DNA of 64,000 bases, from NCBI RefSeq assembly GCF_009914755.1, contig NC_060925.1, one strand, 5' to 3'. Below the pieces are notes generated by a model. That model had not been told where the DNA came from and searched no databases. It was given only the letters and a program-made list of their open reading frames with translations. Numbering within the stretch: position 1 is the stretch's first letter; each line of letters begins with the position of its first letter. Positions 13,663 through 29,279 of the stretch are shown one piece after another. The position numbers and the translations under genes were made by a program. The stretch comes from the human T2T-CHM13v2.0 reference genome, Homo sapiens.

Positions 13663-14639
13663 TAAATCATTTAAAATTAGGAGTTGCAAAACGGTGCTTT
13701 CTTAATCATGCCATTTCTTTTACATTTAGTCAATGGAATTATTTTATATAGAAGGTTTCTTTCATCATTTAGCTTGGGGTGCAAGCTAAAAATGAGTAAA
13801 ATTGGAATTTAAGCCTCAATCTTCTAATTCTGATCCAGTGTATATTCTATTACATCCAGTGAAAGAAACTATTCTGACTACAAATAGTCATAATCCAGCA
13901 AGCCTATGTCCTATAATTAGCAGATATATGAGATGTCAGGAACATATTATAGGGGGAGGAGGCAGTACCTGCAAACTGAAGCAAATTTATAAGTGATTTC
14001 CTAAGTAAAAAAGATTAATTCTCTAGAAATAAGGAGTAAACGATGGTGCCCAAAAGAGAAAAGAATGATGCACAATTGAAAAATCTAGGGCATTTTTTCA
14101 TTTCCCTCCATGCTGGCCACAAATTCTGAATAACGCATGTCAGAATAACCCATGCTTCCAACTACATAGCCATGCATGTGCCATGTAAAACCAAATTGCT
14201 TGTGGCTTCTGAGAGGACAAGAATTTTGGTTCACAAACACACTGTAAAAGGCAGGGCAAAGAAGACTCTCTTTTCTTCAGCCATGTGACTAAGGTGGCAC
14301 AAAGAATTTCAGCTTCCTTTTACTCATTGACTTTATTATACTGTATTTCTAGTTAATTAAATTTACAGTCAAATATTCTGTGGTTAGAATTGTAGAAAGA
14401 GTATTAGAAGTCCATCTCTTTCCCATACTTTACATATTCTCAAGAGGACTGGCAGGCCATCGGTCATAAAAGAAAATATTCTGTGATACTAATTACCATA
14501 GAAATTAACTAAAGAATATGTCCTGGATGCTGGTTTTCCTAAGTACAGATGCAAAGACAAGATTGGTGGTTTCCACAAAGGATGAATAATTGGAGATAAG
14601 GAGTTGTCCAGCACCAGCATTCTCTAGTGCTCTTTTAGA

Positions 14640-14826
14640 AATATGCATATATAAATATGTACATGTAGATAAACATATTTATATATGTCTATATACACAT
14701 TGTTATATATATTATTTCATATATTGTATATTATATATAAATATATAATGTATTATATATGTATATAGGCATATTTATATATGTATGTATATTTATATAT
14801 AAATATAAAATTATATATTATATATG
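14640..14826. repeat. AT-rich degenerate (TA)n low-complexity tract
   Basis: Almost pure A/T with dinucleotide periodicity. Confidence 0.85.
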
Positions 14827-16746
14827 TGTGCAGATAGATAAAGACTTGCCTCTGAGGAAGGAAAGGATGATTTATTAGGTTGTAACATCTTGATATAATA
14901 ATCAATGAATTAATTGCTCATTTGCCTCTCTAATAAATACATATTAAAAATCTAAGCATGCTCTCTGCTGTGCTGAGTATCAGATAAAGAGCAGTGAACT
15001 AAACTAATATAGTCATTGACTTCAATGAGGATGTGATAAGGAGCTAGACCAGGAAAGATGCAATTTTCATATATTGTGATACATGCTATGATAAGGTAAG
15101 AATGGAGTAATATGGGAGCAATAAGTAATCTTCTGGCATGCATTTTAATATATGAATTGCTTACATTCACCAGAAAGTGAAAGCCATATAGAAATGACTG
15201 GTCTGGTACACTTACTGTTAAAAATGAATACATTCACATACTAAGTTATTTTGTAAGTTTGAGTAATGTCTCAGAGACTGGTCAGCTCCAGTGAGTTTAC
15301 CATTGAGATCTAGGGCTTGCATGGTAGAGACACAGACCCTGGATCATGGGGGCTACACCAAGATTTTTCTAATTACCAAATTCATCGGACTATTCTTGGT
15401 TCTTTCCCTACTTCATAACTGAAACATTTAACACTATTAATCACTCTCCCTCTTGAAATGCTCTTCTGCCTTGGTTTTGTGACACTACTATCTCCTGGTG
15501 TTTCTGTTAGAGTTTACTGGATGTGGTCATTTAGTGTGTAGTGTGCATCTGTCAGTCTGCACTGCAGAAGCGATGGTGAATGTCATTTACTCTGGTAATT
15601 CAGTTAACCTGGGTTATCAACAGAGCTCTACTGCACTCTTATCATTTCAGTATGTGATTAACCTAAATATTTTAACCATCCACTAACTCTATCTCATCAT
15701 TCTAATTTAATTCTCTCTGTGTTACTACCTGGTATATTTTGTTCAATAATTTGTTCACTTTTTAATTGACTTTCTCCCCATGATGAACTATAATAATCCT
15801 TGAGGGCACCTGTTCTCTCATCCTTTCCTTGGTCCTGTATCTTCAACTAAAGCAGCAGCAGAAACAACAACAGGAGCCTCACAATTTAGTACTGCATTTT
15901 CCACTAATTAATTGCTTAGATATATAATTCTCACAAAACATTCTGAGGGGTTCGGGCTTCTCAATCCCTAAAATGAAGAAATTTAAATTGGTTATGACTA
16001 TGATCCTTTCCTTTTTAACATTTTTCCTATACTTTAAGACTTATGATAAAAACTCATTAGGAAACTAGAAATAACATGTCTTCCCCAAGTCACTTCTAAC
16101 AAATATCCCATGGTTATCGTCAGTCCTGCCATCTTTCCACTATTCTGCTTCCAACTCCTTTCTTTCTTTGACTTCCACTTTCAAATCTATCACGACCTCC
16201 TGCTGCTCTTTCTTTTCTGCCAGCTCAGAGTCAGAGGCATAGAAGGCAAGGTTACTGTAGATCTTGAACTGTCAACCTGGCAGGCAAGATAGGAGAGTGA
16301 AGGACTCATCAACTAGCCAGTAGCAGTCACTGCTCTTTAGAAGCCACCTTAGGACCAAATTGTTCAAGTAACTGAACTGTTATCTTCCTGAACTCCTGCA
16401 ATTCTAATTGCCAGAAAACATCTAGATGTTGGGCCTGCAGAGGACCTTAGCACACTTGTAGTACAATCTTTCCATTTCATACACACAACTGTGTTGAAAG
16501 AAGTCTCAACTTGTGAGGTGTAAACATGAAATCATTATTTTTGAAATTACTACTACTGCTGTGGACCCATTCTTCTTGGGCAGTAGCCTCCCTTAATGAC
16601 TTCTTAGACTAATTCCATAACCTTTTAATCACTTTATGCTACTAAAACAGTCTCATTGGAGTTATTAGGCACAATCAAATCTAATTAATTTTGATTTTAT
16701 AAAATTAATCAATTTAATTTTATCTTCTGTTCAAAATTCTTTTCAG

Positions 16747-16784
16747 TCTCCAGCATCCTCCACCTGTCTACCACCGAGCATGGG
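16747..16784 (+). other. FCER1A: FCER1A non-coding exon 2A (38 nt)
   Basis: ttctttttcag|tctccagcatcc...gagcatggg|gtaagt has canonical splice sites. It matches the recalled FCER1A cDNA 5' UTR and lies 12.6 kb upstream of exon 1. Confidence 0.9.
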
Positions 16785-17415
16785 GTAAGTTTATGGCTCC
16801 AGTGGCTTGTTATGTGTTGGGAGGTAAAGGGTGATGGCCACACTACTCACATCCCTCCCTCTTCCAGATATCAGCCCCTTCCTTGAGAGTAGGAAGAAGA
16901 AAGCAACTCTCCATGCTGTAGTAGCTGTCGGCTCCTTGTTTTGTTTTAACTGCTATTCCTGTGTGAACACTACCTCATAAGTGGAGGTCAGATTGTGGTA
17001 GTGTAACCTTTTTGCTAGTTGTCACCATTTCTCTAGCATTATTCATTGTTCTTTCTCATTTGCAGTGATTCAAATATAGGTGCTCTCATGGGAATACCTT
17101 TGTAGGTTCTCCAGAAGAACCTATGTCCCATGCATCTGCACAGCAAAAAGAATGACCTATTAACTTATGGTTCAATCAATTCTACTTTCCTCTGCTCTCA
17201 TTGCAGGCCGCCCACTCCAGAGCCTCTTGTTATTAGAGTTCCCCTCACCCAGAGAGTGTCCCCTTTGAGGGAGAGGGACAATATGGCTTAAGTTCTTGTC
17301 ACTTTCCTTTATGCCCACCTAACTCAGGGGTACTTAAGTAGGTGCCACACAATGGAGGCTAACTCTAGCACCCTCTCTCTCAGGTCCATTACTTCTAACC
17401 TGCCTTTTCCTGCAA

Positions 17416-17473
17416 ACCCTAGCAGTGTCAGATTCTCCATCAGTACCCTAGCAGTGTCAGATTCTCCATCAGT
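17416..17473. repeat. Perfect 29-bp tandem duplication
   Basis: accctagcagtgtcagattctccatcagt occurs twice in tandem. Confidence 0.95.
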
Positions 17474-19720
17474 ATCTTGCCTCATAAATTTTAAGTCAAA
17501 AGATGACCACAAACTCTCAACTTATTGGAGGGAATAATTAAGTTATCCCAAATGTTGTGGCCAAAGTGCTGGAGCACCTTGTTGAATGCCTTTCTTCCTC
17601 ATGTTTAAGATCCCTACCATTCAGACCTCTAAGCTTCAAATCCTGGCTTTGCCATTCACTAGTTGTATAATCTAAACCTCCCTACCTCATTAAAAACAAG
17701 GATGCTGATAGTACCTGTTTCATAGGATTCCTGTGAGTATTAAATAGGATAAAGCACAATGCCTGAATACAGTCAGTGTTCAAAAAATATTAACAGTTAC
17801 CTGTGCTTATATTTTTATTAGAACACATCCTAGTTTCTCCATTATTCTTCCTGCTTATGGAAATCAAGTTTTTAATAAAGTCATTGTGGTTTGGATGAAC
17901 TCCCTTCTTCTGCATTTTTGTATTCTACGCAGTATTCCACATATTGCTATGCACATGGCAACTGCTTAACAAATCAAGAAATACATTGCAGTTTCTCTGA
18001 TATAATGCATTTTTCTGTAATGCAAATTAGTCTATATGCTATAGGCAAGCCAAGGAATAATGTCAATATAACATTGAAGTTGGTTGAAACAAGATTTTTT
18101 TCTAGCAAGTTAATATTTTGAACTACCAAGGAACAGCTAACACAAATCTTACTAGCACAGTAGAACATGGCAAGGAATAGAATATTCTGCACAGTAACTA
18201 TTCACTTCAAGGTTTTCTCTTGGCTTAGTTTTACCACAAGTGTATCTTGAGCATGTTTGTTCTCTGGTTTTCCCCTGCTTTTGTGTATTTTCTCTTTGTC
18301 ATCTTCTTCCACCAACCTTTGAAAGTGATCAAGTCCTAGATTTACTGTTAATTTTATTTATTACAAATTTAACATATCTTTTTAACTGCATAGTTCATTT
18401 GGTAGAAATACTAATGTTTATGTTACTGCTCTGATGGTAGGTTTTCATGATCTGTAACAGTCTTTTTTTCCTCTCAAAGACTTGTTAGTTTTAGTTATTT
18501 TTGCAGAATGCAAAACAATTTAAAAAAATAAATGTATGTTACATGTTATGGCAGAAACACCTGTGTTATGTTCAAGAAAGATTTAAATTGAATGAGTGAA
18601 AGCCACTTCTCTCTTCTTGATTATGCAAGGGCTTAACTTCTTCAATTATTTAACTTATACTTCCCTTATTCCCTCTCTGCTTACTGAATTATTCCTGTTA
18701 GCTAACAAATACAATCCAGCATCTTATATAAAACAAGAATCCTCCCTTAACCCCACATCTTCCTATACCACCATCCCACAGCAAAACTTCTCAGAATATT
18801 GTCCGCACATGTTGCCTATGCTTCCTCAATTCCTATTCACTTTTTTAGCCCACTTCAGTTTGCTTTTTACACATATTACTCCACTGCCATTGCTAAAGTC
18901 CCAAAAACTTCCATATTGCTAGATTCAGAGGATAATTGTATTCTCTATTTTACTTCACCTCTCAACAAGATTCAATGTAATTAACGATTTCCTCTAGAAT
19001 TGTACTCTCTTCTTGGTTTTAGTGACATAATTCCCTGTGAGTTTTCTTACCTTATCAGCTGTTTTCTCTAGCCTCTGTTCTGGGTCTTCTGATACTCATC
19101 TTCAAGATATTGAAATTTCCTAGAGTTCTGCTCTGAGACTTTCTCTGTTGCTTAATTTCTTTTTCTCTCTCTTCAGCTGACCTCATCTTACTCAGTGGCT
19201 TTAAAGTATGCCAGTGATTCTCTACTTTCTCTACTTTATATCTCTAATATAGACATTTCTACTGGTCTCTCAACATTTTTTTTGTAACTGCCTATTTAGC
19301 ACAGACTCTTAGATACAATAAAGATGCTTCAAACTAAAACACTTCCCAACCGGAACACTTGGTTGATTTCTCCCCCAATTCTAGTACTTCCCTTAAATAT
19401 AGTACTTCCCCAGTCTTCACCATGTAATTACTGTCTACCCAGTTATTACAGCCAGAAATTTAAGAATCATATTTTATACTTTCTGTGCCCTCCAATCTGT
19501 CAGTAAGTCCCATTAATATATATACCTCAAACCCATCAACTTTTCTTTATCTATACTACCACTTCTCTAGACTATCTATCATCATATTTTGACTCTTAAG
19601 CATTTCCCAATATCTGCTCAAAAAACCTACAGATTACATGACGACATACCTATCTATATATAGATAGATCGGTAGACGTTGAGAGAATGTGGGTGTATAC
19701 ACATATACTATACATATACA

Positions 19721-20148
19721 TGTCTATGGTTTGAGTGTTTATCCCCTCCAAACTTCGTGATGAAACTTAATTTCCAGTATGGCAGTATTGAGAAGCAGGA
19801 CCTGTAAGAGGTAATTGGTTCATACAGATTCTGCCCTCATGAATGGATTAACCTAATTATGAATTAATAGATTAATTGAATAATGGGTTATCATGGGAGT
19901 GAGACTGGTGGCTCTAAAAGAAGTGGAAGAGAGACTAGAGCTTACAGGCTCAAGCCCCCCTTGCCATGTGAATCTCGGTGCCACCTCGGGAATCTGCAGA
20001 GAGTCCCCATTAAGAAAGAATGTCCTCACCAGATAGACCCCTTGACCTTGAACTTCACAGTCTCCAGAACTTTAAGAAATAAATTTATTTTCTTTATAAA
20101 TTTCAGTCTCAGGTATTCAGTTATAACCACAGAAAATAGACTAAGACA
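19721..20148 (+). mobile_element. MaLR solo LTR (MST, MSTD-like)
   Basis: Begins tgtctatggtttgagtgtttatcccctccaaac and ends ctcaggtattcagttataaccacagaaaatagactaagaca. Confidence 0.85.
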
Positions 20149-20200
20149 TACATGAAGAGCCATCAAACTGTATTAAGCAGGGGAATATATATACATACAC

Positions 20201-20202
<2 letters not shown>

Positions 20203-20234
<32 letters not shown>
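20203..20234. repeat. (TG)16 microsatellite
   Basis: Uninterrupted TG run. Confidence 0.95.
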
Positions 20235-20241
<7 letters not shown>

Positions 20242-20419
20242 ATTCTTTTGCTTCACACAGTCCGGTGGCTCTTTCTTAGCTTTCAAATAAAATCCCAACA
20301 CTTTTTCATGTTCTTCCAGGCCCTCATGATCTGGCCCCTATGTGTATCTCCAATCTCGTTTTATGCCATTGGCCTTCTACTCGCTATGCTTCAGCCCTAA
20401 TGTCCTTCTCTTAATTTCT

Positions 20420-21348
<929 letters not shown>

Positions 21349-22929
21349 TTCTCTTAATTTCTACAATTCTCCAAAGTCTTTCTTTTTATGGGGACTTTCA
21401 ACTTCCCACTGCTTGAAAATTCTTGTTCCAGCCTTTGTCTTGTTTCATCCTATCTCGTACTTTAAGTCTCTACTTAAAAGTCATTTTTCATCAAATGGCC
21501 TTTCTTAACCCTATTTAAAACAGATTGTCCTTGTACGTCTATGGAGCAACATTATTTACTTTTTACAAACGTTAGTCACAAGCTGTCACTGTTCTGTTTA
21601 CTTATTTATTTTCTGTTTTCTCCAATAGAAAGTCTTCTCCCCAAGGGAAAAGATCTTGTCTGCTTATTATCTCTCTTGTATCACCAGCAAATGACAGAGT
21701 GCTTGGAATATAAATACTTGTTGAACAAAGAAATGAAAATATATGATGAAGAATGTTCCTATGCTGAAACTAAATTTTTGTGTTAGTTTTAGTGACAGAA
21801 AGATCAAGTAACAGGTCTGTATCCATATTTAAGCCATTTCTTTATTTGTCCATAATAATTCAAGCTCAGAGATTGCCTGTTTGGAAAAGTATATTATAAA
21901 AAACACTATTAATAAACTTCAAGACATAGTTTGCTCATTCTGAAAAATTAGAAAATATAATTAGCCAAAATTCTACCAGCAAACTATGATCAAATGCTAA
22001 CTTTAATGAGATAGCCCTTGATAATTCTGAAGTTATCTTTTTTCTCTTAAAGATAAATTGGCATCATGAGATTATTGAAATATATGGTTGATTAGTATAA
22101 ATTCAATTTAGGAATTGAGAATACAAAAAATTATTTATTTTACATTCTCTGCTATAGACTTCTAATTAACTCTTGCCCCTTGGGTCATGCAGAGAAGATT
22201 TTCTTCATATATCTTTCTGCAACGTGACTGTGCTATTACCTATGATAAAGAGGGTTGTTCTGTGTTTGGCAGCCTATTCTAGGGTGGGCCTTGTGTCAGT
22301 TCCTTCTTTTGTCCACCTGTCTCTGAACAACATAAAACCCTCATTCATAGGTGCAGCATGACTTAATTTGTCGGTCACTAGATGCAGTTGTAAATTGCAA
22401 ACAAAAAAATGGAAATGCAGATGTTGAAATAAAGATGCAATTTTTGGTTATGAAATGGTCATCTGAATGATCCATATTTATATTCATTTATTTATTATCA
22501 ATGAAAAACGTACAAATTTTCTAATTAAAAAACTTACAAATTCCTAATTATAATAAACACTATTCTACGGGAATGGCCACCAAAATGTCCCAAATTTTAT
22601 GTCACTGAATCTATTTCTAATATTCGGTCTAATAGTCTAATCACAGACACTCAATATTCATTTGTTTTCTTGAACCTCTATGATAATCTGCAAGTGTTTC
22701 CCGTTTTGGAAGAGACAAAGGAAAAAGCTGTGATGAATATCACTGGAAACTGCGGATCAGGGCCCCTATTCCATGTTTCTCTGGCCCTTTTTTCTTCTTC
22801 AGAATTTAGCAGTGGTTTTCAATCCTATCAGATCACATTTGATAGCATGCATTTATTCCTGTGTTTGTAAGGCATAAACCTGTAACCACACTACAAATAG
22901 TGAGAATATTGCTGTGAAACTGCATACTC

Positions 22930-23305
22930 TATGCACTCCCAACAATCAATAATAGAAAATAAGTGGTGCTCAATGATGCTAGAGAAAAGAATAAATTATA
23001 TTTCTAGTTTGTCTATAAAAATGATATTACAATATCTCTGTCTGAGGAAGAGGAGATCAAATAACATGTAATAACAATATTTTGAAAAGGAAGAGGATAG
23101 TGGAATATCTGTTTACTTTCTGATGAATTTTATAATGTTTATGTCATTTGTCAGCTGGTATATTTTTAACCTTTTGTGATTAACTTTCTTGTCCTAAATA
23201 GTAATTTTAATATCTAATATTGTATTCAAAAATTTCTACTGGATTTTTTAAGGAAGCCCCCTTAAACTGTTTAAGTTTCAGGGCCTCAAACTGGATCTAC
23301 CTCTG
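22930..23305 (+). mobile_element. Probable ancient hAT (Tip100-like) transposon remnant
   Basis: The decayed translation SMMLEKRINYISSLSI/NDITISLSEEEEIK resembles the hAT dimerisation region. The end reads aagtttcagggcctc...ggatctacctctg. Confidence 0.4.
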
Positions 23306-24790
23306 CTACCTACACACACATATATTTTTTAATCAGTAAAATTCCCAGTTTTAATATAAAGAAGAAATAAAGGGAAATAACATTATAATAGGAAAATATG
23401 TCCTTCATGAATATGAGTGCTACAAAAACAGACTGATATGAGAATAAGGTATTGGTGACACAAATATCATGAACAGTGTAGCTACAGGTGATCTGATTTT
23501 CTGAAACAGTGAAAAATTCAAGGATGTTTTTCCAGTAAAAGCCAAGGATAATCTTTCCTCAATATACATGGTAGTTTCTTTTCTGTAAAATACAGTATGT
23601 ATGAGAAATGCAAAAGATGCTTTTGTGTTTTTCACAGTCGTGTTTAAGGCTCAGATAATTATAAAATATCTGGCTGCACATTGAAAAGATGTGCAGAATC
23701 AGGCCAATTATTTAGTATGCAAGGCTGCCTTCAGTATTGCAGGGCATTTGTTTGCCTGCTAATGCTACAAATGTCTCCTGTATACTCATCATTGAAACAA
23801 GCAACCCTCAATACACATACATACATTCTCATGCATAAACTTACATTTCCTAAAGGCCTTTTGTAGGTGGTAACACAGAGTATGATGAGAAAGTTTCAGA
23901 ATGCGTCCTGCCCCTCCCACTGTTCCCATCCTCACTCATACCCTCTTTCACGCACTAGAAACACACGGGTCACAGAACTGTTTAGCCAGAGTCCTGAAAA
24001 ATTAGGTCTTCAAAAGTTGCCTATTAAAATGCAAATGTCCTGGTCTGGGCTAAGATCTCTCATCCTTGTCTGTTAACGGCCAAAAAGGATTCCTTTAAGA
24101 GATTTCTCTTTCCGTTTTGAAACTGTGTAATTCTGTAAGGAAGCATAAAATAAACCTGGCCTACACTACATTCGGCTTGAGGGCTGACTCTGCACAATGG
24201 GGATTTCTCTGTCTCGTACCACACCTGAAAATGATCTTCAAACTTCCTAACGCCACTTCTGCAGACATGCGTGTGTTGGAGGTGTGGGTGTGGTTATGTG
24301 TGTGATGATGTCTGTCTCATTGACATGATTACTGCTGTGTGATCCTGGCTGCATCCTGTGAGAACAAGGTTTTGCCTTCTGGACCCACCAGTGGCCTTCC
24401 AGGTTCTTCATCCTCAGGACAGACCAGGAGGATGGGAAAGGAGGCTCTCTCTCTGCTGCTCTCAAGTCTAACCAAAGGCTTCTTGCAAAATAATTATAGT
24501 ATTCATGAAAACTAGTATATGTTCTGTTCTAACCACCTCACCACATTAACTCATTTTATGCTGATAACCACCCTTAAGGTAGGTACTATTACTATCTCCA
24601 TTTTACTGGTGAGAAGGCTGAGGCAAAAAGAGTTTGAGTGGTCACAGCCGAGACTCAAACTTTAGAGCTTGTTCCTAGCCTGAACTCTTAATTAATCTTG
24701 CACTTAATTTCTTTAAATTATCTATGGCTAAATTTTTATTTTTATTCTTTTAATTTTTAAAAATTTAGTGTGATATTCTGGTATTTTTTT

Positions 24791-24917
24791 TAGCTGGGTA
24801 TGGTGGCACATCCCCATAATCCCAGCTTCTTGGGAGGATGAGGTGGGAGGGATCACTTGAGCCTGGCAGTCCGAGACTAGCTTGGGCAGCATAGTAAAAC
24901 CCAGTCTCAAAAAAAAT
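24791..24917 (+). mobile_element. Free left Alu monomer (FLAM_A-like)
   Basis: Single ~125-bp Alu monomer with a short A tail. Confidence 0.8.
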
Positions 24918-25287
24918 TTTTTTTAAAGAAGGAAAACTTTTTTATACTACAACTTTCCTTAAGGATCTTCCTCAGTGGGCTTATAATATTGTTCTCCCCA
25001 TTATGAAGAAAATGTCAGCTCACTTAACATCTGTATCTGTTGGAAGACATGAAGGTAAGTTTGAAGCCCTTTGGGCTTCTTGGCTGAAATATACTATTTA
25101 TAAGGTAGAGGTCATGATCAATTTGTTTGAGTCCACCTTATGGTTCAGATTGTACCCTTAACTACAAGACACCACAAAGATGCTTCATCGGCAAAGTGTG
25201 AGTGGCTGATTACATATCTTGAAGACAGGCAGCTTGATATCTAGATGCCCACACCTATGCACTATAAAAGAGTGTAGATTATGCTCA

Positions 25288-25490
25288 GTGATACGCCTTG
25301 GATGTTTTCTCCCCTCCAAATCTCATGTTGAAATGTGGTCCCCAATGTTGGAGGTGGGGCCTAGTTGGAAGTGTTTGGGTCATGGAGGCAGATCTCTTAT
25401 AAATGGCTTGGTGCCTTCCCCATGGTAATGAGTTCACATGAGAGCTGGTTGTTTAAAGGAAACTAGAACCTCCCTTTTCACTCTCTTCTT
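25288..25490 (+). mobile_element. MaLR MST (MSTB-like) LTR, 5' fragment
   Basis: cccctccaaatctcatgttgaaatgtggtccccaatgttggaggtggggcc. Confidence 0.8.
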
Positions 25491-28400
25491 TAGTAGTCCT
25501 GGGAGTTTCCATTTATTTCCTTTGGATTTATTACTTTTAGACCCATTCAGGTCAAGACAAGAAGTAAAAAATATTAAAGTCACTGACTTTCTTGTGAAAA
25601 TCTAACAGGCAGTCAGCATCTGCTATTGATGCTCTTTCTTGAGCAGAAACTCCTGTTCAGGGTAGCAAAAGAAAGTAAATGCAGCTGATATCCTCCTGGC
25701 CCTAATATAGAGGAAAAAGGAAAGAATCCCTCTCTCCTTTCTTCTTTTTAGGCATGTCCATGAAATATACATAGCTAACATACCAACAGTACCAACATTG
25801 TGTGGCTGTGAGTTGAGATGTCATGGCCTGAATTAAGAAAGGGAACTTATAGAACAGAAAGTTGGTTTAGATCAGTGATTTCCTATTTGTGGGTTATGGA
25901 ACCCTTGAATCCAAGGAATTTCTGCATGAGGACTATGAATCCATGTGCACTTAATCACAAAGTGTAGACTCAATGAATAAAGACATCTTTATCTATCTAT
26001 CTGTCAATCAATCATCTATCTATCTGGTCATGAGCATGTGCTCTTAAGACATATTGCCAGGTTCAAATTCTAATTCCTTTACATAGCAACTGTGTGCCCT
26101 GGGACAAGTTACTTAACCTCTCATGCTTTGATTTCCTTATTCTTAACTACATAGAGTTGGTAGTAGGAGGAAAATAGATAGGACATGTTGCATAGTTAGC
26201 CTTGTATTTGATCCTCAGGGAGAGATCAACATTTGTTAGGTACATAAATATCACGAGCAGACAGGCATTTTGCACTTTCATCGTTTCATATTCAATTTTA
26301 TATGGACCTCACCTTGTTTTAGAGAACTTTGAGAGTGAGAAGGAAGCCAGCAGATTGATTTGGTTTTTCTGCTTCCCAGTTTTGGAGAAGGACATAAAGG
26401 CTAACACACTGTATAGGCTGAGCCTTGATCCTCCCTCTGCCAGGCACGTCCCGAAACACAAAAGTTCCTGCCCAAAGCCTCTCACGCTGGATCCAGTTGC
26501 AGGGGCACCTCACAGTCCTCAGGCCCTGTAGCTCATGTACAGCCATTTGTTTCATTTTTCCACTGCTACAAAATGAAATATAGATTAAGGCTCCCAACAT
26601 CAAATAACAGGTCCAAGTTTGGGCATAGTGATACTCTTTGTGTATTGAGCATTCCTGTACCCAGAATCAGAAGCAAGAACTGAAATTTAGACACGCCCTA
26701 TTGATTTCAGTGAACGTGTGTTCCTGATGTGGACAGGCTGGGTATGAGAAATTAGTAGCAGCCCACTCCACCCAGATAATGGATATGAAACTTGAAGGAC
26801 TTTTTTTTTTATATATAAGATAAAAAACCTGTGGCATTCAACTGTGTATCAGCCCGTTCTTCCAGGGAGGAATAGAGCTCTTGTTTAATGTTAGTGTTAA
26901 TGTGTTCCTTCTGTGTTCTTGTTCTGTTCTTTTGGGTACCTGTAGTTATATGCTATGGAAATTAGGGTATGGCTTTTTCTTTCCGATGCTGTTAATGGTT
27001 TGCTTTTTTGGGGTGGGGGTGGGCTGGGAAGATGGGTAGTTTGGTTGCTTTTTAGGCTTTAATGAGCTGCTTTTATTGGACTGCTACATTTTTGCTGTTA
27101 CTGCTACCAAAGCACTTCCTTTATTTCAATACCGGGCACTTAAGCAAAAGCTTTAGAATGATAAATCCAAAGTTTCAGAAAGCTTTAGAAATGAAAGTGG
27201 CCTCCCTAACTCCAAAGCTTATACTCTTCGAACTAGGAATAGTACCTCTCGATGAGCCCTGCTCCATCTCCCATCTAAGTAGGAGCTATTTAGATAACGA
27301 CTTCAGAGGAAGCCTTTAAATAGACTATTTGAGTCATGGTAAAATGACTCTCTCTGAGGGACAATTTGATTGTAGGTTCACTGTCCTAGGAAAAAGGAAC
27401 CCAAATTTCCCCTGGCAAAGTCTCAACAAACTGGTAAAGTAGAATCTTTCCCCGTCTCTTCCAGGGCTTAGGGCTTCAAATATTGCCCTCTGACAGCACC
27501 TTAAAAACTACATCTTCCCTATTTCCTCCTCCTTCTCTTCTCCAATCCTATCCAACAACTTTCTGCATTCTGTTCTTTCCTGATTATGCTCTCTTCTTTG
27601 TGACTGTGGAGAGGATTGAGATTGCGTAGATATATTAAACTAGCATAAGATGTTGTTTATCAAATTAAACATACTATGTAGGTTGACAATAACTTTAATC
27701 CAGTCAAAATTCATATTTCTCCTATAAGTCTTTAATAAATAATGATAATAAAGAAGACAAAAAATGTATTTATTGACCATATTTCACATGTCAGATGCTG
27801 TGCAATGCATTTTACTTCTTTTTTATCTTATTAAATCTCATAATATAACCATGACCTGGATACCATTATTGTCCCTATTATACAGGTAACCTTCAATCAC
27901 ATAAAAATTAGGAACATTTGAATTCAGAGCTTAAAACACAAACAACTTGTACTTTTCAAAATAACTTGCTGTTACCTTTAAGGTCTGTCATTAAAACATA
28001 GCATGTCCTGGGCTCAGTACCTAATCTTTCTTATCTGAAACTTAAATTCCTATTTATTAACCTTTTTAGCCCTATATTTTCTAATTCCATAGAAAACTAA
28101 AGGTTTTGGTTAGATCTTCATGTGGAATGACTGGTTTCATTCAATAGACTTAATTCAGCAGTCTGTGGGGAAGAGCAAGGTATGATAGAATGGTTCCTCA
28201 AGTGCTTCAGATGTGAAGTGGGTTTAAATATACTGTCCCTGTCTTCTTCAGAGTTTTGGTAAAGATAAAATAGGACACTCATTTAAAAGCAATCTTTGCA
28301 AATGACAAGCCACTATAGACATTAATAGAGTTTTCATTTCCAGTATTATCATTAATATCAGATCCTGGAAGAAGGTTGAGCCTTGACCTAGAGCAAAAAA

Positions 28401-28824
28401 ACAGAAGAATTAGTAAAGGAATCCTGGAGAAAGCCCCTGCTGTGTATTTAAAGGAGAAAGGGAGATCATGTTGGGAAATTATAATATTAAAAGTAAACAA
28501 AAGCTAGGAAGTAAAATAAAATAAATTATATGGCCTAGATCCCCATAAGTAATGGTTTAACTTCTGCCTTCCTGTGTTCTGAGCCAGATTAGGGCACAGT
28601 AGAGAAAGAGGAGTCTCTGAAAATGTTTCCAATTTCGCTGGTCAGACAGCGGATCATCAGTGAATCAGATGAAAATTTGTGGATTTATGCACTAACTGAT
28701 CAGCAGGAAATTAAACAAGAAAAGCGTTGGTAGCTCTGGTGAATCCCAAAAGAATTTGGCAGTTGCTAGCCATGCTCCTGAATATGTATAAACAGTACAT
28801 CATATGACTAAGAGTTTGACTTAG

Positions 28825-29050
28825 GGGTTAGATTTTATGTGTTTGAACCCCAAATTAGTTATTTAATAGTTGGCACCCCAAAACAAGTTACTTAACCTCA
28901 CTAAGATTCAGTTTTCCTGTTTATAAAATGTAGATAGTGATAGTATGTACTTTATAGGATTATTGTGAAAAATAAATGAAATATCAGATTTATTTAGGAT
29001 AACACCTGGCATATGTTTGGTATTCAGTAATTAGTTGCTGCTGTTTTATT
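28825..29050 (+). mobile_element. MIR element directly upstream of the FCER1A proximal promoter
   Basis: MIR core caagttacttaacctcactaagattcagttttcctgtttataaaatg. Other MIR relics lie at about 2050, 8000, 17630, 24540, 26050, 33400 and 35960. Confidence 0.7.
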
Positions 29051-29279
29051 CTGCCCTCCCTTGCATCCCACTTTTCTAAGTTGTAAACTAAATAGTTGTA
29101 CACAGATTGACAGATTAAGAAAGGCTTGTGATTGTGCTAGACCTATGCCTCTCTCTCACCAGATTCCAGGTGTATATGTGGAGGTGGGATAGGGAGTGGA
29201 GTAAGTGGGTAAATATTAAATTGCCCAGTTGGGCACCATCCTGAATATTATCTCTAAAGAAAGAAGCAAAACCAGGCAC

